Assembly: GCA_046712825.1 (NCBI GenBank)
Contig: JBKKCR010000096.1
Coordinates: 590 to 64,589, forward strand
Direction of reading: 5' to 3'
Source of the DNA: Actinomycetota bacterium
GTDB taxonomy: Bacteria > Actinomycetota > AC-67
DNA: 64,000 bases
Positions 27,803 through 36,784 of this stretch are shown in pieces; within the stretch, counting starts at the first letter, position 1, and every line of letters starts with the position of its first letter. The translations under genes and the position numbers were made by a program. Under the pieces are notes generated by a model. That model was not told the DNA's origin, searched no databases, and worked only from the letters and a program-made list of their open reading frames with translations.

Positions 27803-28633
27803 CTAGCCGATGCCCCAGCCGTCGAAGCCGGGCGGCATGTAGGCGCGCAGCCGCTCGACCGTCGGCTGCAGCCGCTCCCGAAGTTCCGACTCGACCGTGG
27901 CGGGAACCGCAACCGAGTCGGGAGCAGTGTGCCGCGTTGTGAGGCGCCGCAGCCTCCGCGCGATCGGTCGGGGCGTGGAGGGCCGTTCGGCGAGACGCCG
28001 CAGGGCCGGGATGCGATCGCCAAGGAGCGTCGGCGCAGGCTTGTCCTCGGTCCGGTGAAGCCTCTCGTCCAGGTTCGGCGGTGTCCGGCGGTCGTCCACC
28101 CCGATGAAGCCATAGATCGTTCGCAGGGTATCGGCGCGACGATCATCGAGCTCTTCGCTCGTCACGATCAGCAGCTGCTCACGAGGGAAGGACCCGAGGT
28201 ATCGCTCGATCTGGGTCGCGTAGTCGCTCAACGCGAACAGCATCGGGTTCGTCAAGAGGACTTCCGATGCCGGCCCACGTTCGCCGTACTCCGCAACATG
28301 GTGGAGGTACTGCGAAACCATGCGCCGGATGGGATGACGAACGACGTACACCATGCGCGCTTCGGGCAGCACCCGCTTGATGCGCTCGGGAACCCCCGGA
28401 AAGAACGGATGTTTCGTGTAGGAGGTCGAAGCCTCGCCTCGAGCGGCAGCGGCACCGCCCGATGCGAAGCAGCTCTCGTACCAGTCGACGCCGCGTTCCC
28501 AATTCTTGCCTTCGACGAAGAATTCGAGCTCCTTCGGCTCGGCCATGAACACGTCTGGGTGCGCTTGAAGGTACGCGTGGAGGCTCGTCGTGCCCGCCTT
28601 CATCGCGCCGATAACCAGGAAGGTCGGAAGCAT
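27803..28633 (-). CDS. Sulfotransferase (tandem duplicate of 28944..29777)
   Basis: MLPTFLVIGAMKAGTTSLHAYLQAHP...; start by frame arithmetic in ORF 27803..28774. Confidence 0.75.
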   Translation of the reverse strand: MLPTFLVIGAMKAGTTSLHAYLQAHPDVFMAEPKELEFFVEGKNWERGVDWYESCFASGGAAAARGEASTSYTKHPFFPGVPERIKRVLPEARMVYVVRHPIRRMVSQYLHHVAEYGERGPASEVLLTNPMLFALSDYATQIERYLGSFPREQLLIVTSEELDDRRADTLRTIYGFIGVDDRRTPPNLDERLHRTEDKPAPTLLGDRIPALRRLAERPSTPRPIARRLRRLTTRHTAPDSVAVPATVESELRERLQPTVERLRAYMPPGFDGWGIG

Positions 28634-28678
28634 CTGAGCTCGCACGATAACACCGGGTTGGGGGCGGCTGGGGGCCGA

Positions 28679-28790
28679 GACTACAGCACGATCGTCCGTG
28701 AGCTGATCGACCCGCGCACCATCGCGGTGACCTCCGCGAGATCGACGATCAGCGCGCCGGGAAGCTCCAGCCATCGCTGCCGGCGTCCCT
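28679..28790 (-). pseudogene. Relic of the 3' end of a GT2 gene, carried along with the sulfotransferase duplication
   Basis: ORF 28681..28941 ends ...RRQRWLELPGALIVDLAEVTAMVRGSISSRTIVL, near-identical to the C-terminus of the GT2 at 29778..30764 (...RRQRWLVLPGALLVDLAEVTAMVRGSISSRTIVL); DNA ~85% identical over ~110 bp. Confidence 0.5.
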
Positions 28791-28943
28791 CGACGACGAT
28801 CCGATCGACGACGACACGCCGACCGAACGGGGTGAGCCGCGCGTTACGATGAGCCACGAGAGCCTCCTCTCGGTTCGCACCTCGACAGCCCAAACCGTGC
28901 AGGGAGGCTCTCTCTTTGTAAAGAACGGCGCTGGGAACCACAA

Positions 28944-29777
28944 CTAGGCGATACCCCAGCCGTCGAATCCGGGCCCCATGTAGGCGCGCAGCTTCATGAT
29001 GTCGGGGCGGATCTGCGCGCGGATCCGCTCCTCGAGCTCCGCGGGGAGCTCTAGCGTGGACGTCGTCAGCGTCTTCGTGGTCACCCGGAAATGCAGGCGG
29101 CGGAGGGGAGCCGGAGTGAGCCTGGCGGCCGCGCGGTACAGACGGTTGTCGCGTATCTTTTCGATCGACTCCTTGCGGAGGTAGACCTCCCCGGTCGTGT
29201 TCGTCCGGCTCGACACCTCAGGCGGCGTCCAGCCCGGATCGACATCGAGGAAGGAGTAGACCGAGCGCATTGTCTCCACATACGAACCACGCAAGCCTTC
29301 GGTCGTGATGAGGAGGATCTGCTCGCGCGGGAAGTGACTCAGATAGTGCTCCAGTTGCCACGCGTACTGACTCGCGCGCACGTACCCGGGATGCTCACGC
29401 AAGGCCCGCTCCGGCGACCGCGACTCGCTTCCGGCGCGCAAGCGCTCCAGGTAGTGGGAGCGTAGACGCTTCATCGGGTCGCGTAACAGGTAGATGAGCT
29501 TCGCGTCCGGGATCAGGTCCGCGATCCGACCCGGCACTCCCGGATATGCATGGGCGAGTGTGTACTCCGGCGAGGCTTCTCCGATTGCCGTGGCGTCCCC
29601 AGCGCCGGCGAATTGGTCCAGGTACCAGTTCTGCCCGCGCCCCCAGTTCTTCTCCGCGATGAAATAAGCGAGCTCCTTTTCGGCCGGAGTGAAGATCTGC
29701 GGGTGGGCTCGCAGGTGGTGCCAGAGGCTGGTGGTCCCCGCCTTCATCGCGCCGATGACCAAGAAGGTCGGAAGCAT
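28944..29777 (-). CDS. Sulfotransferase
   Basis: MLPTFLVIGAMKAGTTSLWHHLRAHP...; ~50% identical to 27803..28633. Confidence 0.75.
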   Translation of the reverse strand: MLPTFLVIGAMKAGTTSLWHHLRAHPQIFTPAEKELAYFIAEKNWGRGQNWYLDQFAGAGDATAIGEASPEYTLAHAYPGVPGRIADLIPDAKLIYLLRDPMKRLRSHYLERLRAGSESRSPERALREHPGYVRASQYAWQLEHYLSHFPREQILLITTEGLRGSYVETMRSVYSFLDVDPGWTPPEVSSRTNTTGEVYLRKESIEKIRDNRLYRAAARLTPAPLRRLHFRVTTKTLTTSTLELPAELEERIRAQIRPDIMKLRAYMGPGFDGWGIA

Positions 29778-30764
29778 CTACAAGACGATCGTTCGTGAAC
29801 TGATCGATCCGCGCACCATCGCCGTAACCTCGGCGAGATCCACGAGAAGCGCGCCGGGAAGCACGAGCCAGCGCTGTCGCCGTCCCTGAGCGAGCGGCGC
29901 CGTCCGCACCCGATACCAGATCCAAGGGATCGCAAGCAGCAGCGCTGCGCGCTTGCGCGGCGCCAGGAGCAAACCGGCCATGGCGGCCAGCGCGGTCGGA
30001 TGAGACGGCTTCCAGAAGAGCCCTCCGTACAGATAGCCGCGCCCTTCCGGGTGCAACTTGACGACGCGGGGGATACCCGTCCATTTGAGCGCGTCCCGGG
30101 TTGCCGCGCGCAGGTCGCTCGGCTTCACGTCGTGATGCACGAGCGCCTCGGGCGCGAAGATGGCTTCCACGCCGCGGCGACGGATGCGCCAGCCGAGGTC
30201 GGTGTCTTCACCTCCGTGACGGCTGAAGGCCTCGTCGAAGCCGCCTGCTGCCTCGAGGTCGCTCCGGCGATAGAAGATGTTGCACGTCTCGAAGTAGGTG
30301 GCGTCCCTGACCGTGATCGTCCGTGAGAACGGGCCTTCAAGGTGCTGCTGGGCCGGGTCGGGGAGCGTGCGGCCGACGACGATCCGGGGACCCGCCCCCA
30401 GAGCTTCCAGACCTCGCTCGAGCCACGACGGCGTCGGGACGCAATCGTCGTCGGTGAACGCGACGACCGGTGCACGGGCACGGCCCCAGCCGATGTTGCG
30501 CGCGGCCGCCTGCCGCCGGTTGCGGCCGTCTCCGAGGATCTCGATGGACAACGTGCTGCGTCGCGCCAGGCCGGCGAGCAGCTCCACGGTTCCGTCGGTG
30601 GAGCCGTCGTCGACGAAGATCACCTCGAAGGAGCTCGGTGGAAGCGTCTGGGCCTCGAGCGCGCCGATGAGCCGCGGGAGGAGCTCGGCGCGATTGTAGG
30701 TTGCGATCACGACCGAGACGCGCGGGGCATCGCCGTTCGCGCTGCCGCGCTTCAGGCGCGCCAT
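29778..30764 (-). CDS. Glycosyltransferase family 2
   Basis: VSVVIATYNRAELLPRLIGALEAQT...EVIFVDDGSTDGT...AFTDDDCVP; start MARLKRG by frame arithmetic. Confidence 0.8.
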   Translation of the reverse strand: MARLKRGSANGDAPRVSVVIATYNRAELLPRLIGALEAQTLPPSSFEVIFVDDGSTDGTVELLAGLARRSTLSIEILGDGRNRRQAAARNIGWGRARAPVVAFTDDDCVPTPSWLERGLEALGAGPRIVVGRTLPDPAQQHLEGPFSRTITVRDATYFETCNIFYRRSDLEAAGGFDEAFSRHGGEDTDLGWRIRRRGVEAIFAPEALVHHDVKPSDLRAATRDALKWTGIPRVVKLHPEGRGYLYGGLFWKPSHPTALAAMAGLLLAPRKRAALLLAIPWIWYRVRTAPLAQGRRQRWLVLPGALLVDLAEVTAMVRGSISSRTIVL

Positions 30765-31591
30765 GACGACAAGTCCCTCCCGAGAAGCTGTTCGAGGCCG
30801 GCGATCTGGTCCGCGTATGCCTGGACGAGGCGGCGGCGAAGCTCGGGATCCATCGGCTCGTACGTGCTGCGGTCCGGACGCACGTTCATCGCGTTGATAC
30901 GCCAAGCCCACGAGCGCGGGATGCGACGCTTCAGGCGGGCCTTCAACACCGCCTCTCTCAGACGCACGGAGCGGACGCGCATCCGCGGATTGTAGGTCTT
31001 GCCCAGGTTGTCGGGCCGGTACCCGTCGTCGACGCCGAGGAATCGGCAGGCGTCGCCATACACGCCCGAAGCGTCCGACGCCAGATCCTCGAATAGCATC
31101 ACCATCAACGCCGAGGGCGGAAAGAGGCCGTGGAGTTTCCGGATCTGTTCCAGGTATCTGCCTCGAGCGAGGTAGAAGCCGAACGGTGGCGCCGTCCCCG
31201 CAAGCTCCTCGTCCACGACTTGAGCGAGCGGACGCTTTTCGCGGCCGATCGCACGGAGGTGGAGGAACTGCGAGTAGATCCGCTCCGCGGGATGCCGCAG
31301 GATCGCGATCATGCGGACGTCGGGCAGTAGCTTCGCCATCCGGTCCGGAACGTCCGGATGGGCCATGTACCCGGGGGTCGCCTCACCGATGGCGGGTTTG
31401 CCGGCACCGGCAGCGAACTGCGCTCGGTACCACTCTTCTCCCGCCTCGTAGCGATGAGGGTTGTCGAAGAAGTGAAGTTCCTTCTCCGAGGGGATGAAGA
31501 CCTCGGGGTGTTCGCGCAACCATGCCGCGAGCGAGGTGGTTCCGGCTTTCATCGCACCGATGATGAGGAAGTTCGGCAGCGGCGCGGTCAT
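30752..31591 (-). CDS. Sulfotransferase
   Basis: LPNFLIIGAMKAGTTSLAAWLREHP ... MIAILRHPAERIYSQF. Confidence 0.75.
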   Translation of the reverse strand: MTAPLPNFLIIGAMKAGTTSLAAWLREHPEVFIPSEKELHFFDNPHRYEAGEEWYRAQFAAGAGKPAIGEATPGYMAHPDVPDRMAKLLPDVRMIAILRHPAERIYSQFLHLRAIGREKRPLAQVVDEELAGTAPPFGFYLARGRYLEQIRKLHGLFPPSALMVMLFEDLASDASGVYGDACRFLGVDDGYRPDNLGKTYNPRMRVRSVRLREAVLKARLKRRIPRSWAWRINAMNVRPDRSTYEPMDPELRRRLVQAYADQIAGLEQLLGRDLSSWRA

Positions 31592-31604
31592 CTCGTTGCC
31601 CGCC

Positions 31605-32477
31605 TCATGGGACGCGTCCCTCGACGAACGGCACCTCGAAGACCTTGTCGTGGGCGACGGGGCCGTGGCCGAAGTATCCGTCCTCACCGAAGAGCTCACC
31701 GTGGTCGGACGTCACAACGACCCAGGTGTTGCTCGGGACGAGGTCGAAGAGCCGCTCGACGACGCCGTCTAAATAGCGGACGGCGTTGATCTGACGGTCG
31801 CGCAGCTCGGCGAGCTTCGCGTCGTCGAAGAACTCCGGTTCGCCTTCGGCGCCCGGCTGGTCGTCGAGTCGTTTGAAGACGCCGTGCACGCCCGATATCC
31901 GCGGCCAGGTCGAGGGGTCCTCATCGGGAAGCGCGTAGGGGTAGTGCGTCTCGCCGGTGTTCAACAGGTAGAAGGAAGGCCGCTCTTCCGAGAACGTCAT
32001 CTGGTCGAGCATGGCCGCCATGTCGTTGTGCTTCGGCATCAGCTCGTATGAGTCGAAGTCGCGGTTGATTGGCGTATGCCGGTTCAGAACCGGCATCGAC
32101 ACCATCGCATGCGTCGCGTAGCCGAGCTCCTTGCGAAGGAAGGTCGGCATGAAGATCGACGGAAGGAGCCGCTTGAACTCGATGCCTTGGACGCCGATCC
32201 GTTCGCTGTACCGGGTGAAGTCTTGCTTGTAGTACTCGGACGCGTACACACGAGGAGGGCTCGTATGAGGGAGGAGACCCATCAGCAAGTTGTAATGCGA
32301 CGGCGCGGTCCACGACGCATAGCTCCACCGCCGTTCGGGCTTTCCGAGGAGGCTCAGGGTCTTGGGGGAAGCGGCGACCCACGAGTCGTAGCGGCAAGAG
32401 TCGAAGATGACGACGACGAGGTTCCGCGCGCCCTCGGGGGGGCGCGGGCGTTCGGGCGCGGCTTCGGAGGGATCCAT
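31605..32477 (-). CDS. Alkaline-phosphatase-superfamily NPP/phosphodiesterase-like enzyme (second copy)
   Basis: LVVVIFDSCRYDSW, TAPSHYNLLMGLLPH (T-x-P-S-H), VVVTSDHGELFGEDGYFGHG; start at MDPSEA. Confidence 0.65.
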   Translation of the reverse strand: MDPSEAAPERPRPPEGARNLVVVIFDSCRYDSWVAASPKTLSLLGKPERRWSYASWTAPSHYNLLMGLLPHTSPPRVYASEYYKQDFTRYSERIGVQGIEFKRLLPSIFMPTFLRKELGYATHAMVSMPVLNRHTPINRDFDSYELMPKHNDMAAMLDQMTFSEERPSFYLLNTGETHYPYALPDEDPSTWPRISGVHGVFKRLDDQPGAEGEPEFFDDAKLAELRDRQINAVRYLDGVVERLFDLVPSNTWVVVTSDHGELFGEDGYFGHGPVAHDKVFEVPFVEGRVP

Positions 32478-32559
32478 CGGTCTCCAGGCTCTCGCTACAG
32501 GCACGGGGTGACCCGTCCGAGGCATTCTACCGGCGGGTTTCGACCTGCAGGGTAGGCTG

Positions 32560-33411
32560 TTGCGGTTCGGCTTCTTGATGGAGGATCGAGTGGATCGAAG
32601 CGATCGTTCCGGGCTCGCGGGTGCGAAAGTGGTCGCCCACAAGGCGCTCGCGTGGGCGAAGCGTCACGAAGCCGAGGGAGCACGAGCGATCTACGGCGCA
32701 CGCCGCGCCGCGTTCATCGCGCGGATGAAGGTCCAGGCCGCGTGGCAAGGGGCCCAGGTCGACGTCGAGGTCGCTCCCGACGTCCGATTCGGCAAGGACA
32801 TCGCGATCACGGTCTGGCCGGGCTCGCGCAACAGCATCCGCATCGGAGCGGGTTCGCGCATCGGCGACCGCGTGCTCTTCATCCTGAACGACGGACGCAT
32901 CGACCTCGGCGACAACGTCGAAGTGCGCAGGGACAGCACGTTCATGATGTGGGGGGGCTCGCTCGAGCTCGCAGGCGACAACATCCTGTCGTGGGGCAAC
33001 GTGATCCATTGCGCGTCGTCGATCCGGCTCGGCAGGATGACGTCCACCAACGAGTGGGTCACGATCGTCGACTCGAGCCACTACTTCACCACGCCCGACG
33101 AGTTCTTCTACCACAACACCAAAACCGGCCCGATCGAAGTCGGCAAGAACACGTGGATCTGCTCCAAGGCGACGCTGGCGCGCAACGCGAAGATCGGCGA
33201 TCACTGCATCATCGCGGGCAACTCGATCGTGAGCGGCGAGGTCCCCTCGGGGCACCTCGCGTCGGGCGTCCCCGCGCAGGTCGTTCGCGAGCTGGAGCTG
33301 CCGTGGAGACAGTCGGCCCCAACGCTGGTGGGCGCGACGGAACCTCGCAAGCCGGCGAAGCGCCGTCCCGCCGCGCGCAAGCCGCCGAAGCCGGCCGAGC
33401 CGACCGACTAG
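32560..33411 (+). CDS. Left-handed beta-helix (hexapeptide-repeat) acyl/acetyltransferase
   Basis: Repeated [LIV]G-x-x-x-x-[LIV] hexads: IGAGSRIGDRVLF, DLGDNVEV, IGDHCIIAGNSIVSGEVP. Confidence 0.7.
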   Translation: MRFGFLMEDRVDRSDRSGLAGAKVVAHKALAWAKRHEAEGARAIYGARRAAFIARMKVQAAWQGAQVDVEVAPDVRFGKDIAITVWPGSRNSIRIGAGSRIGDRVLFILNDGRIDLGDNVEVRRDSTFMMWGGSLELAGDNILSWGNVIHCASSIRLGRMTSTNEWVTIVDSSHYFTTPDEFFYHNTKTGPIEVGKNTWICSKATLARNAKIGDHCIIAGNSIVSGEVPSGHLASGVPAQVVRELELPWRQSAPTLVGATEPRKPAKRRPAARKPPKPAEPTD

Positions 33412-34022
33412 CTCCGCCGATCGATCTGCACGGCGGCGACCACGAAACCATCCGCCGTCGCGTAGCGAGCCGTGAAGGTCGGCGGAACCCGGGCATCGAT
33501 CGCGTGGCTCACGATCCGTCCCTCGAGCATCCCGGGACTTGCTTCGATGTACGCGACGTCCTGGAACCCAAGTCGCCTCGCGCCGAGCGGCGCGAGGGCC
33601 TTGTACGTCGCTTCCTTGACGCAGAACAGAGCGAGCAGTACATGGGGCTCGGCAAATCGCGACAGCTCTTCGGGGGTGCAGATACGCCGCGCGGTTCGCG
33701 TGTTGATGTGGCGCCCTTGGGCCTCGACGTCGATGCCCAGGCTCTCCAGTTCACCGGTGGAGGCGGTCACCGCGATCGCGACATCGTTCGTGTGGGCTAT
33801 GGAGCCGGTCAGTCCTGAGGGCCACACGGGCTCGCCGTCTGGTCCACGAGGAACGTCCGGCTGTGTCGTGCCGAGGTCCTTCATCGCGGCCGCCGCCGCC
33901 TCGCGACCGGCGACGAACGGACCGGCGCCACCGACCGCGACCACTCCGATCCCGACCGTGACCCGGAAGAGGGCACGCACGGCGTCGATGGACGGAGCAG
34001 GCTCAGAGATGGGGAGGGTCAC
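33408..34022 (-). CDS. 4'-phosphopantetheinyl transferase, Sfp/EntD type
   Basis: WPSGLTGSIAHTNDVAIAVTAS...LGIDVE and FCVKEATYKA (PPTase motifs 2 and 3). Confidence 0.7.
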   Translation of the reverse strand: MTLPISEPAPSIDAVRALFRVTVGIGVVAVGGAGPFVAGREAAAAAMKDLGTTQPDVPRGPDGEPVWPSGLTGSIAHTNDVAIAVTASTGELESLGIDVEAQGRHINTRTARRICTPEELSRFAEPHVLLALFCVKEATYKALAPLGARRLGFQDVAYIEASPGMLEGRIVSHAIDARVPPTFTARYATADGFVVAAVQIDRRS

Positions 34023-34053
34023 GGCTCAGGCCTCGAACCGTATAGTTGGCCCA

Positions 34054-34809
34054 ATGGACATACCGGGTTTGCAGCGTACCTGGGATGAGCTCGGCCGCAC
34101 CGATCCGCTCTGGGCGGTCTTGTCCTTGCCCGACAAGCGCGGGGGACGCTGGGAGCTCGATGAGTTCCTCGCAACCGGCGTCCGCGAGATCGATGAGGTG
34201 CTCGCCAGGGTGCGAGCGCTCGGGCTCGGACCGGTGCTCGGCAGGGCGCTCGACTTCGGCTGCGGCGTCGGCCGGCTCACGCAGCCACTCGCGGGCCGCT
34301 TCGAAGAGGCCACCGGCGTCGACATCGCTCCCTCGATGATCGAGCGGGCGAAGAGCATCAACAAGCACGGGGAGCGCTGCCGGTACGTGCTGAACGACCG
34401 CGACGATCTCGGGATCTTCCCCGACGGAACGTTCGACTTCATCTACTCGAGCATCACCCTGCAGCACATGCCGCGGCCGCTGATGATGACCTACGTCGCG
34501 GAGTTCATCCGACTGTTGACCCCTGCCGGCGTCCTCGTGTTCCAGCTCCCCGCGCGGCCACCTCGCACCTTGCGCAGCCGGCTGAAGCGCTTGGTGCCGT
34601 CGGTTCTTCGGACGAGGTGGCGACGTTTCCGGCACAAGCGGGGAGCGGAGGCTCGGATGCAGATGTTCTGGACCTCCCCGGAACGAGTAGCGAGACTGGT
34701 GCGCCGCTCCGGCGGGCGGATCGAGGCCGAGCAGGACGACTACTCGGCAGGCCCGGGCTGGACGGGAAAGCGATACGTGGTCCGCCGCGCCGGGGCAGCC
34801 GCGTCGTAG
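34054..34809 (+). CDS. Class I SAM-dependent methyltransferase (paralog of 49524..50243)
   Basis: LGRTDPLWAVLS...ALDFGCGVGRLTQPLAGRFEEATGVDIAPSMIERA...ITLQHMP; internal ATG of ORF 33472..34809. Confidence 0.7.
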   Translation: MDIPGLQRTWDELGRTDPLWAVLSLPDKRGGRWELDEFLATGVREIDEVLARVRALGLGPVLGRALDFGCGVGRLTQPLAGRFEEATGVDIAPSMIERAKSINKHGERCRYVLNDRDDLGIFPDGTFDFIYSSITLQHMPRPLMMTYVAEFIRLLTPAGVLVFQLPARPPRTLRSRLKRLVPSVLRTRWRRFRHKRGAEARMQMFWTSPERVARLVRRSGGRIEAEQDDYSAGPGWTGKRYVVRRAGAAAS

Positions 34810-34822
34810 CGACCGGCTCGCC

Positions 34823-35671
34823 TCAGCCTCGGCGCGTGATCCTGCCGGTCCATCGAGCGGCGAGCACCACCGCGTGGACGGGACCGAGGTGCCGTCGCCG
34901 GAGCGCCGGCCCGTCGGCGGCAACCTGATCGATGGCGGTGCCGAGGCGGAGGAGCATGGCGCCGTCCCGCCAGGGCTTCGGCCGGATCCCGTAGCGAGCC
35001 AGCTCGGAGAATCCCATCCCGAGCTTGCGATGCAGCGCCCAGGTGTCGCGCAGCGTCGCGCGCGGGTGGTGCTTCACCTGCGCCTCGGCCGCGTACACGA
35101 GCCGGTAACCGGCGCGCGACGCCCGCCGACAAAGCTCCTGATCTCCCGAGGCGGTGAGCTGCGGCACGAACCCTCCGAGGTCGGCGAACACCTTCGCTCG
35201 CACGAACAGGTTGGCGGTCGCGGCGAAGTGCTCGACCCGGATGTACAGATCCTGATCGAGGTAGGTCGCGCGGTCGTAGCGCTCCCAAACCGACGGGTCC
35301 GGGCTCGCCATCTGCACGATCCGCCCTCCGACGAGGTCGGCACCGCCGTCGAGGGCGGCGACGCCTTCGGCGAGCCACCGCGGATCGGGAAGACAGTCGG
35401 CGTCGGTGAACGCGAGGATCTCTCCTCGAGCGGCGGCGATGCCGGTGTTCCGGGCCGCGTACGGGCCGCGAGCGGGCTCCATCTCGAGTCGAGCGCCGAT
35501 CCTGTGGGTCCGCACCAGGTCCGGCGTCGCGTCGCGCGATCCGTTGTCGACCACGATCACCTCGAACGGCGGCGCGCCTTCTTGCGCCGCGAGCGCATCG
35601 AGACACGCGGTAACGCGCCGGGCCTCGTTCAGCACCGGCATGATCACGCTGACGCGCGGCGCTCCCGTCAT
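34823..35671 (-). CDS. Glycosyltransferase family 2
   Basis: VSVIMPVLNEARRVTACLDALAAQ...EVIVVDNGSRDAT...AFTDADCLP. Confidence 0.8.
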   Translation of the reverse strand: MTGAPRVSVIMPVLNEARRVTACLDALAAQEGAPPFEVIVVDNGSRDATPDLVRTHRIGARLEMEPARGPYAARNTGIAAARGEILAFTDADCLPDPRWLAEGVAALDGGADLVGGRIVQMASPDPSVWERYDRATYLDQDLYIRVEHFAATANLFVRAKVFADLGGFVPQLTASGDQELCRRASRAGYRLVYAAEAQVKHHPRATLRDTWALHRKLGMGFSELARYGIRPKPWRDGAMLLRLGTAIDQVAADGPALRRRHLGPVHAVVLAARWTGRITRRG

Positions 35672-36750
35672 CCGATCATGGTCTCGTAGAGGCCGTCCAT
35701 CGCTCGGGCAGTCTCCGCCCAGTCGAAGCGCTTCACCCATTCCGGACCGGCGGCGCCCATGCGCCGCGCGAGCGGTTCGTCGGAGAGCACGCGCTCGAGT
35801 GCGTCCGCCAGCCCGGCAGGGTCGTTCTCGGGGACGACCAGCGCGGTGCGGCCCTCATCCACGAACTCGGGGATCCCGCCGTGACGGGTCGTGACGACCG
35901 GCCGGCCGCTCGCCATCGCCTCGAGGTTGACGAGGAGCAACGTCTCGACGTCACCGTCGGCTGCCGTGCGGCTCGGCGTCACGATCACGCGGGCTCGCCT
36001 GATGGCGTCGCGCACCTGCGTACCTCGCCGTGACGGATCGGCCGGCTCCACGACGACGCCCTCGCCGCCCGAGTGCGCGAGGTTCTCGAGCGGACCGAAG
36101 CCGAGAAGGACCAACCGAGCTCCGGGCACGCGACGCCGGACCTCCTCCCACGCTTTCAACAGGACGTCGAGGCCCTTCTTCTCGACGAAGCGTCCGACGA
36201 ACAGGGCCTCCGGGACACCGTCGGGAAGCGGCGTCGGTGTGAAGAACGACGTCTCGACCCCCGACGGGATGACGTGTATGCGGTCGCCTGGAACTCCGGC
36301 CTCCTCGACCGCGCCGATGATGAATCGCGACGGGACGACCACGGCATCGGCTACCCGCAGCGGGTCGACGACCCCCGGCCACTGCCGCGCGTACGCCGTA
36401 ACGTCTTGCCCGTGGACCGACACGACCAGGGGCAGCTTCATGCGGCGCACGGCACCGAGCACATCCGAAAGACGGTACGCGTGGTGGTGATGGACGAGCT
36501 TCGCGCGATGAGCCGTCCCGATCGACACGATCGCAGCCGTCAGGATCCGTCGCTCGGCGATCGTGGGCGGGTCGTGCCGTTTCGCCAGGCGCGCGAGGCT
36601 GTAGAGCGGCTTGATCGGGAACGTCTCGCGGTTCTCGATGGCGTCGCGAGAAACCACCACGACCTTGTGCCTCGTGCGCGTGAGGAGCGTGTGCACGAAC
36701 TGCTCCGACAGCGGCAGATACCGCTGCATCGTGTGGAGCACCGTATTCAT
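35668..36750 (-). CDS. Glycosyltransferase family 4
   Basis: ...LVNLEAMASGRPVVTTRHGGIPEFV...; ATGA-type overlap with the downstream GT2. Confidence 0.8.
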   Translation of the reverse strand: MNTVLHTMQRYLPLSEQFVHTLLTRTRHKVVVVSRDAIENRETFPIKPLYSLARLAKRHDPPTIAERRILTAAIVSIGTAHRAKLVHHHHAYRLSDVLGAVRRMKLPLVVSVHGQDVTAYARQWPGVVDPLRVADAVVVPSRFIIGAVEEAGVPGDRIHVIPSGVETSFFTPTPLPDGVPEALFVGRFVEKKGLDVLLKAWEEVRRRVPGARLVLLGFGPLENLAHSGGEGVVVEPADPSRRGTQVRDAIRRARVIVTPSRTAADGDVETLLLVNLEAMASGRPVVTTRHGGIPEFVDEGRTALVVPENDPAGLADALERVLSDEPLARRMGAAGPEWVKRFDWAETARAMDGLYETMIG

Positions 36751-36784
36751 CTCACGGCCCGTCCGCCCCGCGGAGCCCGAGCGA

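Noticed and set aside
33472-34053. Plus-strand continuation of ORF 33472..34809 across the PPTase region
   Set aside because: Overlaps the minus-strand gene bearing clear PPTase motifs; the methyltransferase homology (shared with 49524..50243) begins only at ATG 34054.
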